A stretch of 64,000 bases of DNA from Candidatus Krumholzibacteriia bacterium (GCA_041484665.1 JBGPIA010000001.1:352001-416000), one strand, 5' to 3'. Shown: positions 1-9,144, numbered from the stretch's first letter. Translations and numbers: made by a program. The notes: generated by a model not told the origin, from the letters alone.

Positions 1-424
1 CGTTTCCTCCCTTCTTCGCGAGGTCGAGCCGAGTTTTGAGCGCGTCAAGCTCCTTCTTCTTGATTTCGAGCGTGGCCTTGGACTGGATGACGTCGCCGCC
101 AGCTCTCTGCTCGTCGGCCTGGGCCTTCGGCTTCAGAGCGCGTGCGGCGTCCCGATCGCTCTGGATGTCGGCTTCCGGGCGCATGTCCACGATGAGCACG
201 GGCAATTTGGGCGCTACCGGCACCTGCGTAGGGGCTGTCGTCGTCGCCGTCGGAGGCGCGGTGGCCGGTTGACTCGTCTGCGGCGTCTTCGCCGGAGGCG
301 GCGGGGAGATCTGGGGTGAGTCCTGAGACTGAACGGCTCCCGCGCTGAGGCATAGGGCGAATCCGGCGGCCGCGGGCCAACCCGCGAATCGGAGCCATCC
401 CCGAATGATCATGAAGTGTCTCAT
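1..424 (-). CDS. Secreted hypothetical protein (signal peptide, Pro/Thr-rich linker, coiled coil); runs off the left edge
   Basis: Not in the ORF track. Manual translation from ATG at 424: MRHFMIIRGWLRFAGWPAAAGFALCLSAGAVQSQDSPQISPPPPAKTPQTSQPATAPP...KATLEIKKKELDALKTRLDLAKKGGN, open to the edge. AAGAAAGGGAG RBS just upstream. Plus-strand ORF 36-272 is its antisense shadow. Confidence 0.75.
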   Translation of the reverse strand, partial: MRHFMIIRGWLRFAGWPAAAGFALCLSAGAVQSQDSPQISPPPPAKTPQTSQPATAPPTATTTAPTQVPVAPKLPVLIVDMRPEADIQSDRDAARALKPKAQADEQRAGGDVIQSKATLEIKKKELDALKTRLDLAKKGGN

Positions 425-751
425 CGAGTCTCCCTTTCTTCTGGGGCATCTTTGCAGGGTGCTCGGGTCGGTACCTATACGTCAAGGCCCTTGTTCGTGG
501 GCGGAACTGACCCCAGCACAGGGGTTTGCCCTGGAATTGGACCCTACCGAGGACGTCGAACACCTGGCCGCCAAGTGCCTGACGCCTGCTCGAGCTTCTC
601 GAGGAGCGTCCGGTAGACGTCGCCCTCACAAAGCGCTAACTGGGGAACAGGCTAGGCCCATGTCCGTTGGCGTTGGGCGGAACCGTCGCGGTGAAGCGGG
701 GAGCGCTTACTGGGTGCGCTCCTTGAGCGCCTCGCGGAAGGCCGCGACCGC

Positions 752-1020
752 TTCCTCCATGCGGCGCGCCCGAACCCGTTCAACCCTTCGACGACGATCG
801 CCTTCGACCTATCAGAGGCAACTTTTTGAAGCTCACGATCTCCAGCCCCGACAGTCGAGCGGTCAGCACACTCGTCGACGCGAATCTCGATGCCGGAAGT
901 CACTGGGTGGAATGGGACGGCCGGGATGATACGGCGCGACCACCTGGGTCGGGCATTTACCTGTGCCGACTCGAAGCCGGTGATCGCCTGTACACGAGAA
1001 AGATGGCGCTCACGAAATAA
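752..1020 (+). pseudogene. Isolated, frameshifted FlgD-Ig / T9SS-like C-terminal domain fragment
   Basis: Frame A reads FLHAARPNPFNPSTTIAFDLSEATF*. It shifts at the T5 run (823-827) to frame B, LKLTISSPDSRAVSTLVDANLDAGSHWVEWDGRDDTARPPGSGIYLCRLEAG...RKMALTK*. An in-frame TGA at 692 means there is no passenger domain upstream. Confidence 0.75.
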
Positions 1021-1046
1021 GCTGGTGCCCGGGAGGTATGAGGGCG

Positions 1047-1260
1047 ATCGGGATAGGGGGCAGCGCGCTTTGCCCCGCTGCTCCCCTCCCACACCACCGG
1101 ACATGCGGGTTTGCATCCGGCGGTTCGAAGGGTTGAGGTCATCCGGCCAGCCGGGGCATTCCCAGCTGGTCGAAAAGCGAGTTCGGCAAGGCGATGTGGA
1201 GCTGCATCGCGGAGTTCTTCCACCAGCGGCGGGCGTTGGCGGCGACGTCGTCGGGAGTTC
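1047..1260 (-). mobile_element. 3' remnant of a group II intron (class C-like): end of maturase ORF, domain V and domain VI
   Basis: Minus strand 1126-1047 reads GAACCGCCGGATGCAAACCCGCATGTCCGGTGGTGTGGGAGGGGAGCAGCGGGGCAAAGCGCGCTGCCCCCTATCCCGAT. This is a DV hairpin with a CGC triad, then a DVI hairpin with an AT terminus, immediately after a maturase-like stop codon. Confidence 0.88.
1139..1260 (-). pseudogene. ltrA: C-terminal fragment of a group II intron reverse transcriptase/maturase
   Basis: DDVAANARRWWKNSAMQLHIALPNSLFDQLGMPRLAG* resembles the C-terminus of class C intron-encoded proteins. It stops about 12 nt before DV. No RT core (YADD) is present. Confidence 0.75.
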
Positions 1261-1419
1261 CCCGCCGGCTCCCACGGCCGATCGCCCGGCGCCGGCCCGA
1301 CGGAGCGCCGACCAAGGCCGATAGAATGCCCTTCTGCGTGCCCTGCTCGCCTTGCCCCCGAGGCAGCGCTGGACGTATGTTCACAAACGGCTCCCGTATC
1401 CCTCGTCAGGGAGGCCGCC

Positions 1420-3291
1420 ATGCAGTTGCACCGTGGCGCGCACCACGCCGGATGGTCGCTGGTCGCGCGCTCGCTCGTTCCCGTCGCGTCGCTGCTCATC
1501 CTCTTTCCCGCCCAGGCGATTCCCGATAGCGGGGGACCACGACCGGGCGAGATCGGAATCTTCCTCGACCCACAGGGCATCGAGGCGGCGGGATTGCGCC
1601 CGCAATTCTCGCAGTTCACATACTACGTCGTGGTGCGAAGGCCCCAGCCGGGGATGTCGTCCTGCCGGTTCCGCGTGCCAAGTCCCGCGGGTGCCATCGT
1701 GCTCGAGACAAGGATCGCGGACGGGCTGGTCGACCTCGACCCCAGCGTGGACGGATACGAGCTGGTGCCGGCGGACGGGTGCTTCGAGCCCTCGGGCTCC
1801 ATCGTGCTGGTCACTTGCTTGGCCCTCTTGATCGAGCGCGCATGCTGGGTCGACCTGCTGCCGGCCGATCCGTCGTCCGTATTCCCGGCGAGCCCCACGT
1901 ACACGCCGTGCGGGGAACCGATCGCGCTGCCGCTTCGCCCCAACCCGTGGGTGTGCGAGTACCAGATCCCAGGCTCGCTCATGGTCAACAACGGGTGCTT
2001 GCTCGGTGCGTACATTTTTACCTATGCCGTCGTCACACCGACGACCGCCGGCCTGCCGGGGGATCGCGTCACCGTCCCGCTGACCGCGTTCACCGGGACC
2101 CAGCTCGACAAGGCGAACTGCTCGCCGCCGCTGAGCATCGCCCAGATCGAGGTCTCGGTGGAATGGGACAGCACCGCGGCAAGCCTGGAGTGGGTCGACC
2201 GGGCTGCCGCGACGCAGCACTGGCAGCTCAGCCATGAAGTGCTACGTCCGGGAAAGCTGCGGGCCTCCCTGGACCGCGGCCAGGAGCCGCCCCTGCTGGC
2301 CACCGGCCGCGACATCCTCGAGCTGGGCTTCCTGCTCGCCGACCACAGCGCCTGGACCGGAGTGAACTGCGTCGTCCTGCATGCGGCCGACGAGCACGGC
2401 GAGAACTGTACGGGTGGCTGGGAACTCGGCCAGATCTTCGTGGGTTGTGAGAGCGGCGATGTCACGGCAGATCGGCAGGTGAACGCCGGGGACGCCACGG
2501 TCGCGTTGCAGATGCAGCAGGGTCGGCGGGCGCTGCACTATACAGACCTCTGCGCCGGCGACATGGACGGCGACTGGGCACTGGACCTGCGCGACGTGCA
2601 CAACCTGCTCCGGCGCGCCATCGGCGCCCCGCTGAACCGGAGCGATCCACTCGACCCGCCGTTGCCTGCGCCACCGTCGAATCCGTTGAGTGTCACTCTC
2701 ACGGTGCGAGAAGTACACGCGTTCCAGGCGACGCTGCAATTCGATCCTCAGGCGCTGCAATTCAATCGTGCGGTCCCGGCGAGCGGTGTCCTCGAAACCC
2801 ATCTCGCATCCCCGGGACTGCTCAGACTCGCGGATGCACTGCCGGCCAGCGGCGACCGGAGCATCGAGGTGACCTTCGCTGTGATCGGGCCCGTCAGCCC
2901 GGTTCGCCTGGTCGGCCTGCGGGGCTTCGACGCCGACGGCCACGAACGGTCGGTGCCGTTCTCGTTCCCCGACGGCACCGTCGCGGTGGACCCACCACCG
3001 AGTGAAGCACAGCGCACGAGGCTGCTCCCGGCAGCGCCCAATCCGTTCAATCCGCGGACGCAGATCCGATTCATGCTCGCGACGGGGGGAGACGCGGGGT
3101 TGCGCATCTTCGACGCAGCGGGCCGGGAGGTGCAGTCGCTACGAATCCCGGGGCTCGCCCCGGGCCTGCACGAGGTGGGTTGGGACGGCCGCGACGGACA
3201 GGGACAGTTGCTGGGCAGCGGCGTATACCGCGTCCAGCTGCTCGCGCCTGGAGGCGAAGCTTCCGTGCAGAGCGTCGTGCTGTTGAAGTAG
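1420..3291 (+). CDS. Secreted multidomain protein: N-terminal beta-domain, cohesin-like, dockerin-like, second cohesin-like, FlgD-Ig C-terminal tail
   Basis: GGAGG RBS and ATG 1420; hydrophobic signal ending PAQA. Duplicated Ca-loop GDVTADRQVNAGDA / GDMDGDWALDLRDV (dockerin-like). Tail PNPFNPRTQIRF...WDGRDGQGQLLGSGVYRVQL...VVLLK. Confidence 0.8.
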   Translation: MQLHRGAHHAGWSLVARSLVPVASLLILFPAQAIPDSGGPRPGEIGIFLDPQGIEAAGLRPQFSQFTYYVVVRRPQPGMSSCRFRVPSPAGAIVLETRIADGLVDLDPSVDGYELVPADGCFEPSGSIVLVTCLALLIERACWVDLLPADPSSVFPASPTYTPCGEPIALPLRPNPWVCEYQIPGSLMVNNGCLLGAYIFTYAVVTPTTAGLPGDRVTVPLTAFTGTQLDKANCSPPLSIAQIEVSVEWDSTAASLEWVDRAAATQHWQLSHEVLRPGKLRASLDRGQEPPLLATGRDILELGFLLADHSAWTGVNCVVLHAADEHGENCTGGWELGQIFVGCESGDVTADRQVNAGDATVALQMQQGRRALHYTDLCAGDMDGDWALDLRDVHNLLRRAIGAPLNRSDPLDPPLPAPPSNPLSVTLTVREVHAFQATLQFDPQALQFNRAVPASGVLETHLASPGLLRLADALPASGDRSIEVTFAVIGPVSPVRLVGLRGFDADGHERSVPFSFPDGTVAVDPPPSEAQRTRLLPAAPNPFNPRTQIRFMLATGGDAGLRIFDAAGREVQSLRIPGLAPGLHEVGWDGRDGQGQLLGSGVYRVQLLAPGGEASVQSVVLLK

Positions 3292-3424
3292 AGTGTCGGG
3301 CGCAGCGGTCCGCAGCGGTGCCTGGCGCGGTCGGGACGCACGACGGGTGGGGCGAACCGACTTGGCCGTCGGCGATGGACGCTCGCTCCGATCGGACCCG
3401 CAGGCACGGAGCCGTAAGGGACCC

Positions 3425-4603
3425 TCAGGGAGCCCTGCGCACCCACTCCTCCACCCACTCGACCTTCGCCTGGTACTGCTCTGCGCTGGGCGTCTGGCCG
3501 GCCATGCTCGGGTGCGGGACCGCGAAGAACTCGCCCTCGCCCTTCACCGCCAGGCCGGCGCCCAGCTCGATGTAGCAGTAGCCCTTGCCGTCGAACTTCG
3601 CTTGCGCCGGTTTGCCCAGCACGTTCGCGGCGATCTGGGCGGCGACGATCTCGCCTTGCGCCTGCGCGAAGACCGCGGCCTTGGGCAGCGCGAGGGGCAG
3701 CTCCGGCCGGAAGCGGCCGGGCAGCGGCACGCCGCACACGTCGCCAATGGCGAAGCAGGGCCGGCTGGGGCCCCGCATCTGCAGCGTGGCCGGGTCCACG
3801 GGGATCCACCCACTCTCCGCGGTGAGGCCGCTATGCCGCACGGCGCGCGGCGGCTCGTGGGGGGGAATCGCGATCAGCAGGTCGTAGCGCACGGTGCTGC
3901 CGTCCTCGAACTCCACGACGCGCTGGGCCGCATTGACGGCCTTGGTCTTCTTGACGTTGTGCAAGGTGATGCCGCGCTCGGCCAGCGCGCTGCGGATGAA
4001 TTGGCCCATCTGCGGGCCGGCGGTCGCCATGGGAGCGCCCTCCACGGTGTGCAGCGAGATGCGCACCTTGTCCCCCAGCCCGCGCTGGTTGAAGTGGTGG
4101 CGCAGCAGCATGGCCGCCTCGTAGGGCCCGGGGGGGCACTTGAACGGTGTGCGTGGAATCAGCAGAACGATCTCGCCGCCATTGAATTCGCGCAGCCGCT
4201 CGCGCAGGTCCAGGGCGCCCTGCAACGCGTAGAACGTGGACGCGGCACGTTGCAAGCCCGGCACCGCGCCCATGTTGAGGTTCGCTCCCAGGGCGATCAC
4301 CAGATGGTCGCCATGGAGGTGCTCCTGCTCGGTGAACACCTCGCCCCGGTCGGGGTCGATGCGCGTTACGTCGGCCGCGAGCAACTCCACGCCTAAAGCA
4401 AGCAGCGACTCCACGCGCCGCGAGATCTGCTCGGGGGTGCGCAGCCCGAGCATGACCCACGTCTTGCCCGCGCCGATCAGCACGGTCGGGGACTTTTCCA
4501 CCACCACGATGCGGTGCTGCGCGGGCAGCGCACGTCGCAGCGTATTGGCCGCTGCGATGCCGCCCGGCCCGGCCCCGAGGATCAGTGTTGTGGTTGCGCG
4601 CAT
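3425..4603 (-). CDS. FAD-dependent oxidoreductase, sulfide:quinone oxidoreductase (type III-like) family
   Basis: Rossmann motif LILGAGPGG; KCPPGPYE, AIGD, PKAAVFA and GYCYIELG motifs; AGGAG RBS before ATG 4603. Confidence 0.8.
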   Translation of the reverse strand: MRATTTLILGAGPGGIAAANTLRRALPAQHRIVVVEKSPTVLIGAGKTWVMLGLRTPEQISRRVESLLALGVELLAADVTRIDPDRGEVFTEQEHLHGDHLVIALGANLNMGAVPGLQRAASTFYALQGALDLRERLREFNGGEIVLLIPRTPFKCPPGPYEAAMLLRHHFNQRGLGDKVRISLHTVEGAPMATAGPQMGQFIRSALAERGITLHNVKKTKAVNAAQRVVEFEDGSTVRYDLLIAIPPHEPPRAVRHSGLTAESGWIPVDPATLQMRGPSRPCFAIGDVCGVPLPGRFRPELPLALPKAAVFAQAQGEIVAAQIAANVLGKPAQAKFDGKGYCYIELGAGLAVKGEGEFFAVPHPSMAGQTPSAEQYQAKVEWVEEWVRRAP

Positions 4604-4733
4604 GGTGATCTCCTGTGGAGTGGCTCGGGGTGGCTTCGCCGACCACCACATTTCATCCCGTGGGCCGCCGCGGGGCAAGCGTTTCGGTGGTCGGGGCGCG
4701 AGCGTCTTACGGCTGGCGCCTCGCGGCGTGCGC

Positions 4734-5786
4734 TCACGGCTCGACCCGCGAGGTCCGGTCGGGCTCTCCCAGCCCGTCCGGCCGGTCCGGCCCCTGTGGC
4801 CCGTCCGGGCCGTTTTGCGCCTCCTGCGCTGCCTCCTCCCCAGGCTCGAGCTCGGCCAGCGGCGCGTTGCTCAACCGCATGCCGGCGCGCGCCAGCAGGA
4901 AGATCCCCAGCCCTGTGACCGGCAACGTCACGAGCGCGTGGAACAGCAAGGTCGACGACACGGCCAGGCTGTGCGGGACCTCGTGCAGGCTGAGGGCCCC
5001 CAGCGCGCCCAGCTCCAGGGTTCCCAGCGCACCTGGAGCGGATGGCAGCGCCCCCGCGAGGTTCATCGCGGCCACCGTGAGCGCAAGAGCCGGCAGCGGC
5101 AGCGCGAGCCCCAGGGCCCGCTGGGCGCCCGTCAGCAAGACCAGCTGGCCGCCAATCGAGAGCGCTCCCCACGCCACGATCTGCACGATCGCCAGCGGCC
5201 TCCCCAACGCCAGGCTCCCGGTGCGGACACGGGCCAGCAGCGACCGCAGCCGGCCGCCGGCCTCAGGCTGCGGGCGCCGCACCACCAGCAGCAGCCCCAG
5301 CAAGACCAGCAGGCAGCCGGCCAGCAGCACCGGAGCGGCGCGGTCGAACCAGGGCAGCGAGCCCGAGCGCGCCAGCGCCACGATTCCGATCGTCACGAAG
5401 AGCACGCCGTTGGCCAGGATCTCCACCAACACGGTGGCTAGCACCGGGACCACGTCGCGGCGCGCCTCCAGCGCAACGACGCTGGCGCGGAAAGGCTCCC
5501 CGATGCGCCCCGGCAGCAGGTTGTTGACGGTGAGGCCGAGCACCACCGCGCGCGTCACACTCCACACCGAGAGCGGTCCACTGACCGCGAGCAGCACGCG
5601 CCACATGAGCGCCTTGCCGATCACGGTCACCGCCAGCCCGCTCACGCCGAACAGGACCCAGTCCAACCGCGCGCCCCGCAGCAGCGTAAGCACCGCAGCC
5701 CAGTCGGTGCGGCGCAGCAGCGCGACCAGAAGCAGCATCGAGAGCAGGCTGCACGCCAGGCCCACACGGACCTGACGGCGCCTCAT
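4734..5786 (-). CDS. Lysylphosphatidylglycerol synthase TM-domain (UPF0104 / flippase-like) membrane protein
   Basis: Multiple TM segments; NNLLPGRIGE and PSAPGALGTLE motifs. Start uncertain (5786 or 5813). Confidence 0.8.
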   Translation of the reverse strand: MRRRQVRVGLACSLLSMLLLVALLRRTDWAAVLTLLRGARLDWVLFGVSGLAVTVIGKALMWRVLLAVSGPLSVWSVTRAVVLGLTVNNLLPGRIGEPFRASVVALEARRDVVPVLATVLVEILANGVLFVTIGIVALARSGSLPWFDRAAPVLLAGCLLVLLGLLLVVRRPQPEAGGRLRSLLARVRTGSLALGRPLAIVQIVAWGALSIGGQLVLLTGAQRALGLALPLPALALTVAAMNLAGALPSAPGALGTLELGALGALSLHEVPHSLAVSSTLLFHALVTLPVTGLGIFLLARAGMRLSNAPLAELEPGEEAAQEAQNGPDGPQGPDRPDGLGEPDRTSRVEP

Positions 5787-6076
5787 GCCGCGCAAGCGGT
5801 GCCGCGCGCGCATCGTATGGAAATGGCGGTCCTGGCGAATGATCAGCCCCGCGGTCGGAAGATCAGCAGTGATGCCGCTTTCGCCAACGGCCACCCACAT
5901 CTGCGTCGTGCGCGCTCGCGCTGGGCAGGACGGGCCGATTCTCGCGGCGGACCCCCGAACGTTCCGGCAGGGGGGTCGCCCCTGCCGAGAATGTAGGGGG
6001 GACGCGGGCCCAGATCCAGCCTTCGCGGCGCCGCAGCGTTCAAAGTGCGAAGGCGTCCGCGGGCAGCAGGCGCGAG

Positions 6077-6766
6077 CTAGCGGTACAGCCCCTTCACCGT
6101 CCCCCAGCTGTCGCGCTGGCCGGGGATCGGCGGCGTGAGCGTGGGATTGACGACTGCACAGCCAGGCGGGTAGTGCCCCGCCGGATCGCGTTGGGCGAGA
6201 GCGAAGGGACGGATCTCGTCGCAGGGCGGCGCGGGAGCCCACGCAGGCAGCCCCGACCCAGGCAATGACGACGGTACAGAGGGCCCCAGACAGATGAGCA
6301 GATCCGTCCCACCGGACTGGGCGACCCGGATGTCGTACTCGACGAAAACAATGGGGTCGCCCCCAGGAGGCAGAATGCCCGCCAGCCCGATCAGCCAGTT
6401 GTCCCGTCCAGCTGCGACGTCGAACCAGCTGGGATCGCCCAGCCGCACGTCCACCACCTCGAGTGCAGAGTCGAGGGCGAGACTGAATTCCGTACCGTAG
6501 ATCCCACAGGTCGGGACCCGGGCCGCGACGTAGAACGTGTGCACCTCACCGGGCGCCAGTTGAAGGGTCGAGACCGTGGCCCCCGGATCGAAATAGACGC
6601 CAATCTCGGCAAACTCGCGCTGAACGCTCGCCGCGCTCGCCCCCGTCGGAGCGCAGACCGTGGACGATAACAGTAGGAAGAGCTCTGGAACGAGCCAGCG
6701 CCTGCGGTGGACTGCCGTGGCGATGTCCCCCGGCTCGGGTGTGCAGGAGTGCGGAGCCTTACGCAT
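6077..6766 (-). CDS. Secreted hypothetical protein with C-terminal SWGxxKxxYR motif
   Basis: Hydrophobic signal-like segment, an IGVYFD beta-domain, and ending QRDSWGTVKGLYR*. Start approximate. Confidence 0.75.
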   Translation of the reverse strand: MRKAPHSCTPEPGDIATAVHRRRWLVPELFLLLSSTVCAPTGASAASVQREFAEIGVYFDPGATVSTLQLAPGEVHTFYVAARVPTCGIYGTEFSLALDSALEVVDVRLGDPSWFDVAAGRDNWLIGLAGILPPGGDPIVFVEYDIRVAQSGGTDLLICLGPSVPSSLPGSGLPAWAPAPPCDEIRPFALAQRDPAGHYPPGCAVVNPTLTPPIPGQRDSWGTVKGLYR

Positions 6767-6833
6767 CGTATCATACCAGGCGGGTGCCATACCGTCCAGG
6801 CGCCACCCTCTGCGGGCACCGGCAGCCGTCCCG

Positions 6834-7325
6834 CTAGCGGGCCCTGGCCGTGAGTACATACAGCCCGGCCCACGCCAGATCGCCCAGCGCAAAGCACACG
6901 TACGGCCCGGGCGCGACCGGCCGTTGCCATGTCACCAACACGCCGATCGCGACTCCACCGACGAGCCGCAGCGCGATGGAGAGCCGCACGAGCTCAGGAT
7001 GCCGCCCGGGATCGATCGCTGCCGATAGGTAGACGAGGGGCAGCATCAGCAGCGGGAGCGCGGCCAGCCGGAACAAGAACGGCTCCGCCGGCAGCGGATG
7101 ACGCCACAGCGACAGCAACCACGGCGGCATCCAGATCAGCAGCGCGAAGGCCAGCAGGTCGTAGGCGGCCGAGAGCCGCAGGACGCTCGAGAGCCTGCGC
7201 GCGGGCAGCGCGGGATGCTCGGGCGGGACGGGAGGCGCGGGCGGCCCAGTGGACCCGGCGGGCGCGACCCGGCCCGCCGGCGCCCCAGGCGCCGACCGCC
7301 GCGATTCAGCGTTTCGAGCCGCCAC
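6834..7325 (-). CDS. Small 4-TM membrane protein
   Basis: The C-terminal part of ORF 6834-7982 (LSAAYDLLAFALLIW...GDLAWAGLYVL) has four hydrophobic helices. Probable GTG start overlapping the upstream gene end; start uncertain. Confidence 0.6.
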   Translation of the reverse strand: MAARNAESRRSAPGAPAGRVAPAGSTGPPAPPVPPEHPALPARRLSSVLRLSAAYDLLAFALLIWMPPWLLSLWRHPLPAEPFLFRLAALPLLMLPLVYLSAAIDPGRHPELVRLSIALRLVGGVAIGVLVTWQRPVAPGPYVCFALGDLAWAGLYVLTARAR

Positions 7326-8193
7326 GCGCGGCACCTCCGACTCCGGCGGCGAACCGGATGATCTCGTCCATCGCTTCTTCCCAGGCCTGCTCCGACGTGC
7401 GGCCGCTGCGCCTTGGAACCTCGAGGCTGTGATCGCCCTCCTCGATCCAGTGCACGTGAGCCGGAGCGCCCAGCCGCAGAACCGCCTTCTCCAGCAGCGC
7501 TGGCTCGGCCAGGGTATCGCGCGTTCCACTGATGAACAGTGACGGCACACCGACGCGGCTGAAGTGATCGGCGCGCAGCTCTTGCGGCGTGCCTGGCCGG
7601 TGCAGCGGATAGCCCAGCAGCACCAGCCCCGCGCACGGAGGCGCATCGGTCTCGGCCGCGAGCATCGTCGCGACGCGGCCGCCCATCGACTTTCCGCCCA
7701 GCAGCAGTCGTCCATTGGCGGGCAGGCCGCGCATGGCGCGAGCGGCGACCGTTCGCAGCTGCTCGACCAGTGCGGGCGCGCGATCGGGCAATCGCCGCCC
7801 CTGCTCCATGTAGGCGAAGTTGAAGACCACGGTCGCCAAACCTCGCCGCGCAAGCCCGTGGGCGAAGGCCTGCATGAAGTCGCTGTGCATCGGCGCACCC
7901 GCGCCGTGGGCGAGCACCAGCCGCAGATGCTGCAGCTGCGCCCCCAAGGCCCCTGGCTCCGCTCCGCTGGTGCCGGTGGCACCGGTGGATGGGCGGGTGG
8001 TCTTGGCGCGCGCTGCCTTGGCGGGCGCGGCCGCGCCGCCCCGGGGCGTGCTGCGCCGCGTCGCGTTGAGCAAAGTGGTGCTGCGCGGAACTGCGCGGGG
8101 CTGCGCTGCGCTGCGTGGTGCCGCAGGCTCGTGCAGCTCGCAGCGCGTGCGGACGCCTACGGGCAATCCAACGGTGAAGCGGCGCACGGGCAT
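7306..8193 (-). CDS. Alpha/beta hydrolase (KANL3/Tex30-like, dienelactone hydrolase-like)
   Basis: LAHGAGA oxyanion region, GKSMGG nucleophile elbow, GYPLH, GTRD and GDHS (Ser-Asp-His triad). Confidence 0.85.
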   Translation of the reverse strand: MPVRRFTVGLPVGVRTRCELHEPAAPRSAAQPRAVPRSTTLLNATRRSTPRGGAAAPAKAARAKTTRPSTGATGTSGAEPGALGAQLQHLRLVLAHGAGAPMHSDFMQAFAHGLARRGLATVVFNFAYMEQGRRLPDRAPALVEQLRTVAARAMRGLPANGRLLLGGKSMGGRVATMLAAETDAPPCAGLVLLGYPLHRPGTPQELRADHFSRVGVPSLFISGTRDTLAEPALLEKAVLRLGAPAHVHWIEEGDHSLEVPRRSGRTSEQAWEEAMDEIIRFAAGVGGAARGGSKR

Positions 8194-8205
8194 GGCGGCA
8201 GGCCC

Positions 8206-8970
8206 TCAGATCTCCAGGAGCGATAGCGCCGGGCCGCCGATCGCGTCCTCGCAGAGGAACGATTCCCCCATCGCCGCGCCGATGCGCTGCCCCATGGCCT
8301 GCCGACGCACGCGCAGGACATCGAGGATCGGCGCGCCATGGCGAGCGATGGCCATCTGCGACGCGTGGGCGCGGATCGCCGCCTCCAGCATCTCAGCCTG
8401 GGGCGTGACGTCCACGGTCCAGCTGGGGACCACGTCGTCGGCCAGCATGTAATAGTACACACGCCGCACGGCGTGGGCGCGCATGAGCGGGAAGAGCTTG
8501 GACAGCCGCGCCAGTTTGCAGGCGTCTCTCACGAGCAACCCGGCGGCCAGGTGGTCGACGTTGCTGCGTCCGTCGCGGTGGCTGGTGCGCGCGTGCGGAT
8601 AGGGGACGAACACCGTACGCGGGCGCAACTGCCGGATCAGCTCCACCACGCGATGGCGACTGGGCTGGTCATTGGCCAGCCCGCCGTCGGGGAAGTCGAG
8701 CCAGTGGAGATCGCAACGCAGGATGCGCGCCGCTGCGGCCGCCTCGCGCTCGCGCAGTTCGGGCGTACCGTGGGTGCCTAGCTCCCCGTGGGTGAGGCAG
8801 ACGATGGCAACCGTGCGGCCCGCGGCGGTCAGCGCCGCGACCGTGCCCCCCATGGCCATCTCCACATCGTCGGGGTGCGCGCTGAAGGCAACCGCGTCGT
8901 GCAGGAAGCCGTCAATGTCCGCGTTACCGGATCGTGCTGGGGCGCCAGAGTCTGCGGTCGTGCCCGTCAT
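8206..8970 (-). CDS. PIG-L/LmbE family N-acetylglucosaminyl deacetylase (BshB1-like)
   Basis: AHPDDVE, LTHGELGTHG, R..EA, DH and HASQ motifs. Confidence 0.88.
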   Translation of the reverse strand: MTGTTADSGAPARSGNADIDGFLHDAVAFSAHPDDVEMAMGGTVAALTAAGRTVAIVCLTHGELGTHGTPELREREAAAAARILRCDLHWLDFPDGGLANDQPSRHRVVELIRQLRPRTVFVPYPHARTSHRDGRSNVDHLAAGLLVRDACKLARLSKLFPLMRAHAVRRVYYYMLADDVVPSWTVDVTPQAEMLEAAIRAHASQMAIARHGAPILDVLRVRRQAMGQRIGAAMGESFLCEDAIGGPALSLLEI

Positions 8971-9144
8971 GAGGCCAGCGTAGGGGCAGGGGCGTGGCCG
9001 CGCAAGCAGGGAGCCTCGCGTCGCGCCCGGACATCGACGCACGATAGCGCACCAAGGTCCGCCGCAGCACGCCGGCACGGTGCCCACCCGCCGCCCAGGC
9101 CGCGGGCGCGGCTCCAACGCGGGCACGGGCGAGCCCAGCGCGGC

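Noticed and set aside
495..540. GGGCAAACC on the minus strand upstream of the first gene as a c-di-GMP-I riboswitch
   Set aside because: No GAAA tetraloop or following GACGCAAAGC segment; only a partial match.
1047..3291. Diversity-generating retroelement or retron involving the RT fragment and the neighbouring FlgD proteins
   Set aside because: The fragment is an intron maturase tail followed by DV/DVI; there is no RT core and no template/variable repeat pair was seen.
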